A stretch of 61,011 nucleotides of DNA from Clostridia bacterium (lineage in GTDB: Bacteria > Bacillota > Clostridia > Oscillospirales > CAG-272). Both the position numbers and the translations under genes were made by a program. This document shows, piece after piece, positions 1-9,854 of the stretch (positions are counted from its first letter, which is position 1; every line of letters starts with the position of its first letter). The stretch is taken from positions 1 through 61,011 of the forward strand of contig JAQYLJ010000052.1 of the NCBI GenBank assembly GCA_028720145.1, given 5' to 3'. The notes beneath the pieces are model-generated. The model did no database searches. It saw only the letters and a program-made list of their open reading frames with translations, and was not told where the DNA came from.

Positions 1-26
1 GGGAATACGGTTGTGCATGATCTGTT

Positions 27-410
27 GTAGGGCGGGGGCTTGCTCCCGCCGCGGTATTTCGTAGGGCGTGCTCAATGGCTCCCTCCGGGAGGGGGCTGCC
101 GCGGGGTGCGCGGCTGGGGGAGAGTGCGTAAAGAAAAGAGGTACTAAGTCGTCACCCCTGCAACAGCCGGCTCCTTCCGTCACGGCTCTGCCGAGCCACC
201 TCCCTCCCGGAGGGAGGCATCACCCTCTCCGTCACGCTTGCGCGTGCCACCTCTCCCAAAGGGCGAGGCACTTTTCGGCGGGAGCAAGCCCCCGCCCTAC
301 GATATAGAACTTTCTCACTTCGTCGCGAGCCGAAACTTCACCTTACGGCGGGAGCAAGCCCCCGCCCTACGATAAGGAATTATCTCACTTCGTCGCAGAC
401 GAAACTTCAC
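27..410. repeat. Cluster of REP-like palindromic repeats
   Basis: GTAGGGCGGGGGCTTGCTCCCGCCG at 27-51, with its reverse complement at 276-300 and 346-370. The two reverse copies begin ~65-bp imperfect direct repeats. A second GC-rich palindromic family (ggctccctccgggaggggg / cctccctcccggagggagg) is nested at ~78-230. Confidence 0.75.
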
Positions 411-440
411 TGCGGCGCATCGCGCCGCCATGCGCCGCCC

Positions 441-1292
441 CTATCCCCGTGCAGGATTCTTTTTGATGAAGATGGTGACCTCGACCCCGTCCTCGACCTC
501 GCGCTTCTCACAGTCGGTTTTCATCCCCGCCTCGCGCATGATATGGAGCGCGCGGTCGAGGGAATTGTAGAAGAGACGCAAATCTCCTATCGACCCCTTG
601 ACCGTCTTTTTCCGACCGCCCCCCGCGCGCTTTAAGAGTTTCTCCACATAGGTTTCGGTCTGCGAGACATTGAGGGAGCGGGAGATGACATGGTTGAGCG
701 CCGCCCGCCGTGCCGCAGGGTCGTTCAGGCGCAGAAGCGCGCGCGCGTGCCGTTCGGTCAGACCCGCCGCCATGAGGTCCTGCTGCTCGTCCTCCGTGAA
801 GCGCAAGAGACGGAGCTTGTTCGCGATATACGACTGTGAGACCGAGAGACGCTCTCCGAGCTCTTCTTGGGTCACCCCGAATTGCTTGAGTAGCATCGAG
901 ATGGCGGCCGCCTCTTCAAACGGGGTGAGGTCCTTGCGTTGGAGATTCTCGATAATGGAGATTTCCGCACTCTCCTCGTCACTTGTAAAAAGCACCCGAC
1001 AGGGCACGCGTGTGATCCCCGCAAGGATAGCCGCACGCATTCGGCGCTCGCCCGCGATGAGTTCATAACAGTCACACCCGCCCTCGACGCGCTTCCGCCT
1101 GACCGAGAGCGGCTGTAACACGCCGTAACGGCGGATGCTGTCCGCGAGTTGATACAGCTCGTCCTCCGAGAAGTCCCGCCGCGGCTGTGCGGGATTCGGG
1201 CGGATGAGCGCGGGGTCGAGCGTCACGAGATTTTGTTCCGAGAGTACCTTGCATTCCATATCCTGTTCCTCCGCATTCATGCTAGCATACAA
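441..1292 (-). CDS. ParB/Spo0J-family protein (Noc-like)
   Basis: PNPAQPRR, GVLQPLSVR, YELIAGERRMRA (ParB box II), IENLQRKDL and an HTH. The true start may be a few codons downstream. Confidence 0.9.
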   Translation of the reverse strand: MYASMNAEEQDMECKVLSEQNLVTLDPALIRPNPAQPRRDFSEDELYQLADSIRRYGVLQPLSVRRKRVEGGCDCYELIAGERRMRAAILAGITRVPCRVLFTSDEESAEISIIENLQRKDLTPFEEAAAISMLLKQFGVTQEELGERLSVSQSYIANKLRLLRFTEDEQQDLMAAGLTERHARALLRLNDPAARRAALNHVISRSLNVSQTETYVEKLLKRAGGGRKKTVKGSIGDLRLFYNSLDRALHIMREAGMKTDCEKREVEDGVEVTIFIKKNPARG

Positions 1293-1408
1293 AACAGGCG
1301 AAACAAGTCATAACATGAGAGCCGGTTAGAGAATTTTTCGGGCGGGTTTTACATAGATTGTTAAGAATCCACGGGACTGCCCGCGGTACCGACGAGCGGG
1401 AGGAAACT

Positions 1409-2947
1409 ATGTCGAAGCGTATGCGTGAATTTATCAAAAACGGCTGTTTTCTCTCGGTGGCAGCACTCGTCATGCGGACGGTCGCGGTCAGTTACCACGC
1501 CTATCTCGCCGAGAGCATCGGCGCGGAGGGAATGGGACTTTTCGCACTCGTGAACAGTCTCTACGGATTCGCCGTCACTTTCGCGACCTCGGGGATACAA
1601 CTCGCGGTGACCCGTCTCGTCTCCGAATGTCTCGGGCGCGGGGAGCCGAACGCCGCGCGCGGCGCACTTCGCCGTGCGACACTCTATGCGCTGATTTTCT
1701 CGGGCGTCGGCAGCCTGGTACTGCTCGTCGGGGCGGACTTCTTCGGTCGGGTGGTGCTCCGCGACGCGCGGACGGTGCTGTCCATCCGCTTGCAGGCGCT
1801 GACGCTCGTTCCTGTCGCGCTCTCTGTCGTGATGAGCGGATATTTCACGGCGGTGCGTAGAGTTCTCGGCAACTCCCTGACGCAGATGGCGGAGCAGGGG
1901 ATGCGGATTTTCTGTACGGTCTACCTGCTCGGTCTGTGTCTGCCGCGCGGAATGACATATACCTGCGCCGCGGTGGTCGGCGGTGCCGCCATCGCACAGT
2001 TCCTCAGTTGCGGCGCTCTCGCGGTGCAGTACCTGATTGACCGCCGCCGCCATGTATGGGGCAAGGGCGGAAGCACCGAGGGGCTGACACCGCGGCTGTT
2101 GCATATCGCCCTGCCGGTCGCGTTCTCCGCCTATATTCGCTCGGGTCTGCTCACCGTCGAGCATCTGCTCATCCCCCGTGCCCTGACCCGCGGCGGGCGG
2201 AGCATGGAGGAAGCGCTCGCCTCCTACGGGGTGCTCGATGGCATGGCGCTCCCCGTGGTGTTCTATCCCATGGCGGTCCTCACCTCTTTCGCGGGACTGC
2301 TGATTCCCGTGTTCGCCGAGCATCGCGCCCGCGGGGAACAGACGCGGATCGACCGCATCGCCTCCCGCACTCTGCACCTCACCACCGTCTTCGCCATCGG
2401 GTGCATGACTGTCCTTTTCGTCTTTGCGGGCGACTTCGGCATGGCGCTCTATCACAGTGAGGAAACGGGCGCGCTCATTCGTCTGCTCGCGCCGGTTGTC
2501 CCCCTTATGTTCCTCGACCATGTGACCGACTGCGCGCTCAAAGGGCTCGGGGAGCAGGTCTATACCATGTGGGTCAATATCGGAGACTCGCTCATCAGCA
2601 TTCTGCTCGTGTTGTTGATTCTGCCATCGCAGGGGGCGGTGGGGTATGTCTATGTCATTGAGATCGCCGAAGCGCTCAACTTCGCGTTCAGTTTGGCACG
2701 GCTCGTGCGGGTGACCCGTATCCGCTATTCTTTTCTCAAATCGTGGGTGTTCCCGCTTTTGACCGCGGTCGTGACCGCGTTTGGCGTGCGCTCGCTTCTG
2801 CGCCTTGACCCCATGACTGTCGGGGTCTTTTGGCTGATGCTCGAAGTGGTCTTCGCGTTCGCCGTCTATTTCGGACTGCTCGCGCTTCTCTCGGGTACGC
2901 GGCATATTCTGCACCGTTCGGAGGATACGGCGCTTGACATTCTGTAA
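1409..2947 (+). CDS. SpoVB-like MurJ/MOP-family flippase (polysaccharide biosynthesis protein)
   Basis: IGAEGMGLF motif, ~12-14 hydrophobic segments, GGAGG RBS before ATG 1409. Confidence 0.8.
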   Translation: MSKRMREFIKNGCFLSVAALVMRTVAVSYHAYLAESIGAEGMGLFALVNSLYGFAVTFATSGIQLAVTRLVSECLGRGEPNAARGALRRATLYALIFSGVGSLVLLVGADFFGRVVLRDARTVLSIRLQALTLVPVALSVVMSGYFTAVRRVLGNSLTQMAEQGMRIFCTVYLLGLCLPRGMTYTCAAVVGGAAIAQFLSCGALAVQYLIDRRRHVWGKGGSTEGLTPRLLHIALPVAFSAYIRSGLLTVEHLLIPRALTRGGRSMEEALASYGVLDGMALPVVFYPMAVLTSFAGLLIPVFAEHRARGEQTRIDRIASRTLHLTTVFAIGCMTVLFVFAGDFGMALYHSEETGALIRLLAPVVPLMFLDHVTDCALKGLGEQVYTMWVNIGDSLISILLVLLILPSQGAVGYVYVIEIAEALNFAFSLARLVRVTRIRYSFLKSWVFPLLTAVVTAFGVRSLLRLDPMTVGVFWLMLEVVFAFAVYFGLLALLSGTRHILHRSEDTALDIL

Positions 2948-2997
2948 GAAGCTTGATATAATGCTTTTCGTATAACTATTTTACGATATAAAGGAGT

Positions 2998-4347
2998 GTG
3001 GTTTTTTCCATGGACCCCAGTTGGTGGCAGGTCATCGGTTATTTGGCGATGCTTCTTTGCAGCGCATTTTTCTCCGCGTCGGAGAACGCGCTGGCCGCCT
3101 CAAATGTCATTAAGTTACGCACTTACGCGGAAGAGGGGAGACGGGGAGCCAAGACGGCTCAACGCCTCGTCGAGAATTTTGAGAAGACATTAACCACCAT
3201 TCTGATCGGGAATAATATCGCAAATGTCGGGGGCGCCGCGCTCGCGACGGTTTTCGCTTTTGACAAGGCTAAGGATGCGCTCGCAGCCGGACGGCTGAGT
3301 GACGGTGTCCTGACAGTCATTGTCACCGTAGTGACGACCGTCGTGGTTTTTCTTTTTGCGGAAATGACCCCCAAGAGCGTTGCGCTCGCGTTCCCGGAGC
3401 GGCTCGCCTGCGCGTTCGCGCCCATTCTCCGATTCTTAATGATTTTGTTTGCCCCGCTCGCTTGGATTTTCGGCGGGATAGGGACCCTCTCGCGTAAGAT
3501 ATTCGGCGGGAAACCGGAACCCACCGTCACCGAGGAAGAGCTGTCCGCCATGTTCGAGACGGCGGAGGAAGAGGGGACGCTCGATGAAGACCAGGAGGAC
3601 CTGTTACAATCCGCGCTCGAGTTTTCCGAGACGACGGTCGCGGATGTCCTGACCTTGCGCGACGATGTCGTGGGCATCAAACTGGGCATGACCTATGATA
3701 CCGTCATCGGGATTCTCGAAGAGAGTAAGTATTCCCGTTTCCCGGTCTATGAGAACGACCTCGACCATATCATCGGGATTCTGCAAATCCGCAATTACCT
3801 CCGCGCCCACCTGAACGGGGAGCGCCTGTCGCTCAAACAACTCTGCACCCCCGCCTTTTATACCACTTTGGACGCGGGGATTCACGACCTGCTCCGCGAG
3901 ATGAGCCGTGCGAAAGCCACGATGGCAGTGGTGCGCGACCCCGCGACCGGGAAGACCCTCGGGATCGTCACCATCGAGGACTTTCTCGAAGAGCTCGTCG
4001 GGGAAATCTTTGACGAGGACGATGTGGTGAACGAGCGGTTTATGAAACTGGGCGGGAACTATTTCCGCGTCAGTGCCGACTGCACCATCGGGGAAATGTT
4101 CCGCGAAATGTCCTATACCGGACGGGTCAATATGAGCCGACTGAAAACCGTCGGCGCGTGGGTACAGGAGACCCTCGCCCATACGCCCGAGGTCGACGAT
4201 ACCTTTGTCTGGCGCGACCTCACCGTCACGGTCACCGACCTGACGGACGACGGGAAACTCGCGTATGTGGAGGTCAAACTGGCGAACGAACTGCTCGACA
4301 GCGTGACCGCCCCCAACCCCGTGGAAGAGGGAGGTGAGGACGCATGA
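2998..4347 (+). CDS. HlyC/CorC (CNNM/DUF21 + CBS pair + CorC) transporter, copy 1
   Basis: SAFFSASENAL, TILIGNN, EMTPK, YSRFPVY, GIVTIEDFLEELVGEIFDE. Start is GTG 2998 or ATG 3010. Confidence 0.9.
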   Translation: MVFSMDPSWWQVIGYLAMLLCSAFFSASENALAASNVIKLRTYAEEGRRGAKTAQRLVENFEKTLTTILIGNNIANVGGAALATVFAFDKAKDALAAGRLSDGVLTVIVTVVTTVVVFLFAEMTPKSVALAFPERLACAFAPILRFLMILFAPLAWIFGGIGTLSRKIFGGKPEPTVTEEELSAMFETAEEEGTLDEDQEDLLQSALEFSETTVADVLTLRDDVVGIKLGMTYDTVIGILEESKYSRFPVYENDLDHIIGILQIRNYLRAHLNGERLSLKQLCTPAFYTTLDAGIHDLLREMSRAKATMAVVRDPATGKTLGIVTIEDFLEELVGEIFDEDDVVNERFMKLGGNYFRVSADCTIGEMFREMSYTGRVNMSRLKTVGAWVQETLAHTPEVDDTFVWRDLTVTVTDLTDDGKLAYVEVKLANELLDSVTAPNPVEEGGEDA

Positions 4348-5636
4348 GTAAGGAAGAGATTATCGTGTTGTTCTTAATCGTCGGAACCGTCCTCCTCTCG
4401 GCGTTCTTCTCTTCGGTCGAGATCGCCTACACCTCGCTCAATAAACTGCGTCTCGAAGCGCTCGCGGAGAAAGGGAACCGCCGCGCCAAAGTCGCGAAGC
4501 GCTTGAGCGACCGCTACGATGTAAACCTCTCGTCCATCCTCATCGGGAATAACCTCGTGAACAACGCGGCGTCTGCGCTTGCGACCATGCTCGCGGTCGC
4601 GTGGGCGGCGAAGTCCACCCTCGGCGAGGGGACGACCACCACCATCACGAGTGCGATCATGACCGCGGTGCTGCTCATCTTCGGGGAAATCGTCCCGAAG
4701 ATCATCGCGAAACAGCACGCGCTCGGCTACGCCTGCCTGATGGCATACCCGCTCCAACTCATCTCTTGGCTCTTCTATCCCATCTCGTTTGTCGTGTCGA
4801 AACTTCTGAAAAAAGTGACCGACCGCGCGAGCGCGGCGAACGACAATGCCGTCACCGGAGAAGAACTCTCGGTGATGATCGAGACCGCGGAAGAAGAGGG
4901 AGAAGTGGACGAGGAGCAGGGAGAGCTCTTGCAGTCGGCGCTCGACTACCATGAGACGACGGTCGAGGACATATTGATTCCGCGGATTCAGGTCGAGGGG
5001 ATCGACATAGAGGACACTCCCGCCGAGATTCGGGAACAGTGTCTCCATACCGCCTACTCGCGTCTGCCCGTATATGAAGAATCGCTCGACCATATCATCG
5101 GGATTCTGACCGTCAACCACTATCTGAAAGCCGCGGCGGACGACCCGCTTACCCCGCCCGACCTCCGTGCGCTCGTCAATGAGACGACCTATGTACATAA
5201 GACGGCGAAACTGCCGAGCGTGCTCTCCACCATGCAGGAGAAACAGGTACATATGGCGGTCATCATGGACGAATACGGCGGGACGATGGGGATCGTCACG
5301 ATGGAGGATATCCTCGAACAGATTGTCGGGGATATATGGGACGAAAACGATGTGATCGCGCCCGACGATATTCGGGAAATCCGTGAGAACCTCTACGAAG
5401 TCGATGGGATGACCCCCATCTCCAACCTCTTTGAGCGGCTCGAACTCGATGACCGCGGGTTTGAGTCGGAATACACCACGGTCGGCGGCTGGGCGGTCGA
5501 GATGCTGGAAGAGGACCCCCACGAGGGCGATACCTTCACTTGGCGTTCTCTCACCGTCAAAGTGCTCGAAATGCACGATAACTTGGTGGGGAAAGTGGAA
5601 GTGTCCGTCGCCCCGCCGGAGGATGACGATGACTGA
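4344..5636 (+). CDS. HlyC/CorC (CNNM) transporter, copy 2
   Basis: SAFFSSVE, ILIGNN, FGEIVPK, YSRLPVY, DEYGGTMGIVTMEDILEQIVG. ATGA overlap with copy 1. Confidence 0.9.
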   Translation: MSKEEIIVLFLIVGTVLLSAFFSSVEIAYTSLNKLRLEALAEKGNRRAKVAKRLSDRYDVNLSSILIGNNLVNNAASALATMLAVAWAAKSTLGEGTTTTITSAIMTAVLLIFGEIVPKIIAKQHALGYACLMAYPLQLISWLFYPISFVVSKLLKKVTDRASAANDNAVTGEELSVMIETAEEEGEVDEEQGELLQSALDYHETTVEDILIPRIQVEGIDIEDTPAEIREQCLHTAYSRLPVYEESLDHIIGILTVNHYLKAAADDPLTPPDLRALVNETTYVHKTAKLPSVLSTMQEKQVHMAVIMDEYGGTMGIVTMEDILEQIVGDIWDENDVIAPDDIREIRENLYEVDGMTPISNLFERLELDDRGFESEYTTVGGWAVEMLEEDPHEGDTFTWRSLTVKVLEMHDNLVGKVEVSVAPPEDDDD

Positions 5637-6102
5637 TAGGGGGAGAATCTGCGCGTTTACCGGGCACCGCGCCGTGCCCGAACAGGAGCGGGACCGCATC
5701 CGAAAAGCGCTCGTCCGCACGGTGGAGTCTCTCTACGCCGACGGGTTTCGGACCTTCTGTGCCGGGGGTGCGATGGGATTCGACCGCATGGCGGCGGAGA
5801 CCGTCCTCGCCCTGAAACAGAAGTACCCCGACCTCCGTCTCGCCTTGGTGCTCCCCTGTCGGGATCAGGCGGAGCGATGGGAGCGGGAAGAGCGGGATAT
5901 TTATCTCCGTCAGATGCGTGACGCGGACGAAGTCGAGGTGCTCTCGGAGCGATACTATGACGGCTGTATGCGGGCGAGGAATCGGTCGCTCATCGACCGC
6001 GCAGAACATCTCGTCGCCTATGTCACCACATGCCGCAGCGGGTCGGCACAGACCCTCCGCATGGCGGAGGAGAAGGGTATCCCCGTGACCAATCTCGCGT
6101 GA
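5629..6102 (+). CDS. SLOG-superfamily protein (YpsA/DUF1273-like)
   Basis: CAFTGHR, GGAMGFD, CMRARNRSLID and SGSAQT motifs; GGAGG RBS; overlaps the upstream stop. Confidence 0.85.
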   Translation: MTDRGRICAFTGHRAVPEQERDRIRKALVRTVESLYADGFRTFCAGGAMGFDRMAAETVLALKQKYPDLRLALVLPCRDQAERWEREERDIYLRQMRDADEVEVLSERYYDGCMRARNRSLIDRAEHLVAYVTTCRSGSAQTLRMAEEKGIPVTNLA

Positions 6103-6141
6103 GGCAGAATCCCCAAACCAAAACACAAAACCGAATGCAAA

Positions 6142-6173
6142 ACAGGGTTACCGCGGTCTCGCGGTAACCCTGT
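6142..6173. terminator. Perfect 14-bp hairpin between convergent genes
   Basis: ACAGGGTTACCGCG-gtct-CGCGGTAACCCTGT. A second hairpin with an adjacent A-tract (6264-6287) fits a terminator for the minus-strand gene. Confidence 0.55.
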
Positions 6174-6293
6174 ACGGTTTTTCGGGAAAAACAAAACCCC
6201 CGAGATTCTCATGGAAAATTGCGGGGAGAATCCCCGACATGAAAAAGCGGGGAAAAGAAAAAAGTCCGAGCGGGAACCCGCTCGGACAGGGGA

Positions 6294-6767
6294 TTATTCT
6301 TCGAGTTTGGCTTTGAGGTCGCCGAGGGACATATTTCCCTTGGAGATGGCGAGCAGAATGTCGTTGTAGTCATCGACCGTACCGACCATGCAGTTCACCA
6401 TGTATTTCACGACATCGGTCGAGAGGTCACAGTCGCGGTAGGACTGTGCAATGCGATAGACGACCTGTCCGTCCGACATATCGTAGTCGAAACTGCCGTT
6501 GACGAGATACCAGTTGATCATCGTGGTGGCGACGGCGCCCTCGACGCGCTTCTGATCCCCGAAGTTGAAGGGGAGAACCGAGTGACCGCGAATCAGTCTG
6601 CGATCTTCGTCGATGCGGAGCACGATCGGAATGGAGAGGTCTTCACCGCGGAAAGAGGAGTTCAGCCGCATCTTTTCATCTTCGGTGGAGTACTTCCAGC
6701 CCTCCTTGTCAAATGCGCGGCTCAGGAGACTGTAATGCTGTTTTGCTTCTCTGGAATAATCGCTCAT
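6294..6767 (-). CDS. YbjN-domain (type III chaperone-like fold) protein
   Basis: ~157 aa with IN..LVNGSFDYD..DGQVVYR typical of the YbjN family; GGAGG RBS before ATG 6767. Confidence 0.65.
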   Translation of the reverse strand: MSDYSREAKQHYSLLSRAFDKEGWKYSTEDEKMRLNSSFRGEDLSIPIVLRIDEDRRLIRGHSVLPFNFGDQKRVEGAVATTMINWYLVNGSFDYDMSDGQVVYRIAQSYRDCDLSTDVVKYMVNCMVGTVDDYNDILLAISKGNMSLGDLKAKLEE

Positions 6768-6993
6768 GGGATACCTCCGAAAAATGTTTTTGAGAAAGAC
6801 ACAAATGGGCGACACCGAAAAGCGTGACTGTGGCGTACAGCCATTTTGTATTTCCCTTGCAGATACTATTATTGCACACTTGTTTAGGTTTGTCAACAGA
6901 AATAGACATGATTTCTCACGAGTTTCGTGACTGAAACCCGCTTAAGCGCATACAATGGTACAGTGTAAAGAGAAAAACGAGGGGGATACCGAT

Positions 6994-8820
6994 ATGTGTT
7001 CCATTTGCGGCATATACGCACAGGGCGGCGTGGGGATCGGCGGATTTGCGACGGTGAGAGAGATGAGCCGCGCGATGGCGCACCGCGGACCCGACGGAGA
7101 GGGCGGTTTCTCGGGCGGGAATGTGGGGCTCCACCATAACCGCCTCGCGGTCGTCGATGTCACGGGCGGCGCGCAACCCATGACGGTCGTGCGAGAGGGA
7201 AAACGCTATATCATCGTCTATAACGGCGAGCTTTACAATACCGATGAGCTCCGCGCTTCGCTCGAAAAAGAAGGGGTCAGGTGTCGGACGCACTCGGACA
7301 CCGAGGCGCTGGTCTACGCCTACGCCGTTTGGGGCGAGGACTGTCTCGACCGCCTGAACGGGATTTTCGCATTCTCCATCTATGACGACTTCAACCGCTG
7401 TCTCTTCTGCGCCCGCGACCGCCTCGGGGTAAAGCCGTTTTTCTACTGCGAGACGGACGGGAAATTCCTGTTCGCCTCCGAGGTGAAAGCTCTGCTTCGC
7501 TCCCCGAGTGTGAAACCCGCGCTCGACGCGGTCGGACTTTGGCAGCTTCTCTATCTTGCGCCCGTGACCCTGCCCGGGAGCGGCGTGTTCCGCGACATTC
7601 GGGAACTACTCCCCGGGGAGTGCTGCCGCGTGGACGCGGACGGGGTACACAGGCGGAAATACTGGACGCTCACCGTGCGCCCGCACACCGATTCCGATGA
7701 CGAGACGGTGGCGCATGTACGGCACCTCTTCGTCGATGCGGTACGGCGACAGCTGGTCTCGGATGTCCCGCTCTGCACCTTCCTCTCGGGCGGGCTCGAC
7801 TCTTCCGCCGTCAGCGCGGTCGCGGCGGAGAAATATCGCGAAGAGGGGAGAGTGCTCTCGACCTATTCGTTCGAGTATGAGGGAAACACCTACGCGCCGA
7901 CCCTCTTTCAGCCGAATCCCGATGACGCTTATGCTCGCCTGATGGCGGAGCACCTCGGAACCGACCACACCGTCCTCACCGCCTCGTCCGACGAGACTGC
8001 AGACGCGCTTTTGCCCGCGCTCCTCGCGCGGGATTTCCCGGGGCAGGCGGATATTGACTCGTCGCTCTACTATTTCTGCGGGCGGGTGCGGGAGAGACAC
8101 ACCGTCGCGCTCTCGGGGGAGTGCGCGGACGAAATCTTCGGCGGGTACCCGTGGTTTTACCGCCCCGAAATGCTCGCGCGCGACTTCTTCCCGTGGATTC
8201 ACGACCCGACCGCCCGCATCGGGCTCTTCGACCCGCGCGTCACCCGTGCGGAAGAGGGGTACGCCTATCTTTCCGAGGTCTACCGAAATGCGGTCGCCGC
8301 GACCCCGCTCGACGGGTCGGAGAGCGAGGAAGACCGCACCGCCCGCATCGCGACCAAACTGTCGGTCGATTACTTTATGGTGAACCTTCTTGAACGGAAA
8401 GACCGCATGAGCATGGCGCACGGTCTCGAGGTGCGTGTCCCGTTCTCCGACCATCGGATTCTCGAATATGTCTATCAGGTACCGTGGAGAATCAAGTTCG
8501 CGGGCGGTGTCGAGAAAGCCCTGCTCCGAAATGCCATGACGGGGTATCTCCCGCCCGAGATCCTTTACCGCAAGAAGAGCCCGTACCCCAAAACCCATAA
8601 CCCCGCCTATGAGAATCGCGTGCGGGGGCTGCTGTTCGAGCGGCTCCGTCGGAAGAACTCGCGCTTGGCGTCTCTTTTGCGCCCGGGCGCGGTCGATGCG
8701 CTCGCAGCAGGGGACGACATCACTTGGCTCGGACAGCTCATGTCCCGCCCGCAGCTCTATGCGTGGCTGTATCAGTTCGATTGTTTCCTCGAAAAATACG
8801 AGGTCACGCTCGCGATTTGA
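6994..8820 (+). CDS. asnB: Asparagine synthase (glutamine-hydrolysing)
   Basis: N-terminal nucleophile MCSICG, HRGPD, YNGELYN, RDRLGVKP, LSGGLDSS, SGECADE, DRMSMAHGLEVRVPF. Confidence 0.95.
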   Translation: MCSICGIYAQGGVGIGGFATVREMSRAMAHRGPDGEGGFSGGNVGLHHNRLAVVDVTGGAQPMTVVREGKRYIIVYNGELYNTDELRASLEKEGVRCRTHSDTEALVYAYAVWGEDCLDRLNGIFAFSIYDDFNRCLFCARDRLGVKPFFYCETDGKFLFASEVKALLRSPSVKPALDAVGLWQLLYLAPVTLPGSGVFRDIRELLPGECCRVDADGVHRRKYWTLTVRPHTDSDDETVAHVRHLFVDAVRRQLVSDVPLCTFLSGGLDSSAVSAVAAEKYREEGRVLSTYSFEYEGNTYAPTLFQPNPDDAYARLMAEHLGTDHTVLTASSDETADALLPALLARDFPGQADIDSSLYYFCGRVRERHTVALSGECADEIFGGYPWFYRPEMLARDFFPWIHDPTARIGLFDPRVTRAEEGYAYLSEVYRNAVAATPLDGSESEEDRTARIATKLSVDYFMVNLLERKDRMSMAHGLEVRVPFSDHRILEYVYQVPWRIKFAGGVEKALLRNAMTGYLPPEILYRKKSPYPKTHNPAYENRVRGLLFERLRRKNSRLASLLRPGAVDALAAGDDITWLGQLMSRPQLYAWLYQFDCFLEKYEVTLAI

Positions 8821-8959
8821 GTCTGTCTGCCGAGTCGAGTCCATGCGCCCTAAAACCTCCTTGTTGCCTTATCTTGAAATTTGCCCGCCGTGCCCGGCGG
8901 GCATTTTTCTTGCGCGCACGACGCGTTTGTGCTATATTGAAAGAAAAAGGAGATGCGGC

Positions 8960-9853
8960 ATGAAAGAAAAGTACAAAAAGTGGATGGCGAAACACGCACA
9001 CACGCTTGCGGGGAAACGCGTGGTCGTTACGGGTGCGAACAGTGGGGTCGGTTTTGCCGCCGCCGAGGAGTTCCTCGCGCTCGGCGCGCGTGTCACGCTC
9101 GCCTGTCGGAACCCCGAGAGAGCGAGAGCCGCACGGGAGACACTCACCGCCTGCTATCCCACAGGGGAGGTCGATACCGAGACGGTGGACCTTTCATCGT
9201 TTGCCTCCATTGACGCATTTGCCGCCCGCCTGAAAGAATCGGGCTCGAACATCGATATTTTCTTACACTGTGCGGGGGTCTATTTCCCGAAAGAGCCCGT
9301 GACTGCAGACGGGTACCCCATGACGGTCGGGGTGAACTATGTCGGGACGGTGCGTCTTGCCCGTGCGGTGGAACCGCTGCTCCCGCCTGACGGAAAGATG
9401 ATTTTCACCACCAGTCTGACCGACCGATTCGGGAAACCCGGGAAACAGCCGAAAAAAGAAACCGATGCGGCATACGCCGCGAGTAAGACGCTACTCTCCG
9501 CGTATGTCCTGCGCCGCGCCGCCGAGCGGAGGGCGGGGGAGCCGTCGTTCCTCGCCGTCCACCCGGGCATCACGGCGACCAATCTGCTCTCTCCCGAGAA
9601 GACCACGCGGAAACCGTGGTTTTTCCGTCTGGGACACGCGTTCCTGTTCCTCTTCACCCACTCACCCGAGAAAGCCGCGCTCACTGCCATTCTCGCGGGT
9701 GCGGGCAATGGGGAGAACGGGGATATCATCGGACCGCGCGGTCCCTTCGGCATCAGCGGCTATCCGCATAAGACCCGCTTCTGTCGGAATGTCCACCGCA
9801 CGGCAGAGCACTTCCCCGACGAGGATTTAACGCTGATGCTTTCGAGGGAGTGA
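8960..9853 (+). CDS. SDR-family NAD(P)-dependent oxidoreductase
   Basis: TGANSGVG, YAASK, VHPG; AAGGAG RBS. Confidence 0.9.
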   Translation: MKEKYKKWMAKHAHTLAGKRVVVTGANSGVGFAAAEEFLALGARVTLACRNPERARAARETLTACYPTGEVDTETVDLSSFASIDAFAARLKESGSNIDIFLHCAGVYFPKEPVTADGYPMTVGVNYVGTVRLARAVEPLLPPDGKMIFTTSLTDRFGKPGKQPKKETDAAYAASKTLLSAYVLRRAAERRAGEPSFLAVHPGITATNLLSPEKTTRKPWFFRLGHAFLFLFTHSPEKAALTAILAGAGNGENGDIIGPRGPFGISGYPHKTRFCRNVHRTAEHFPDEDLTLMLSRE

Positions 9854-9854
9854 G

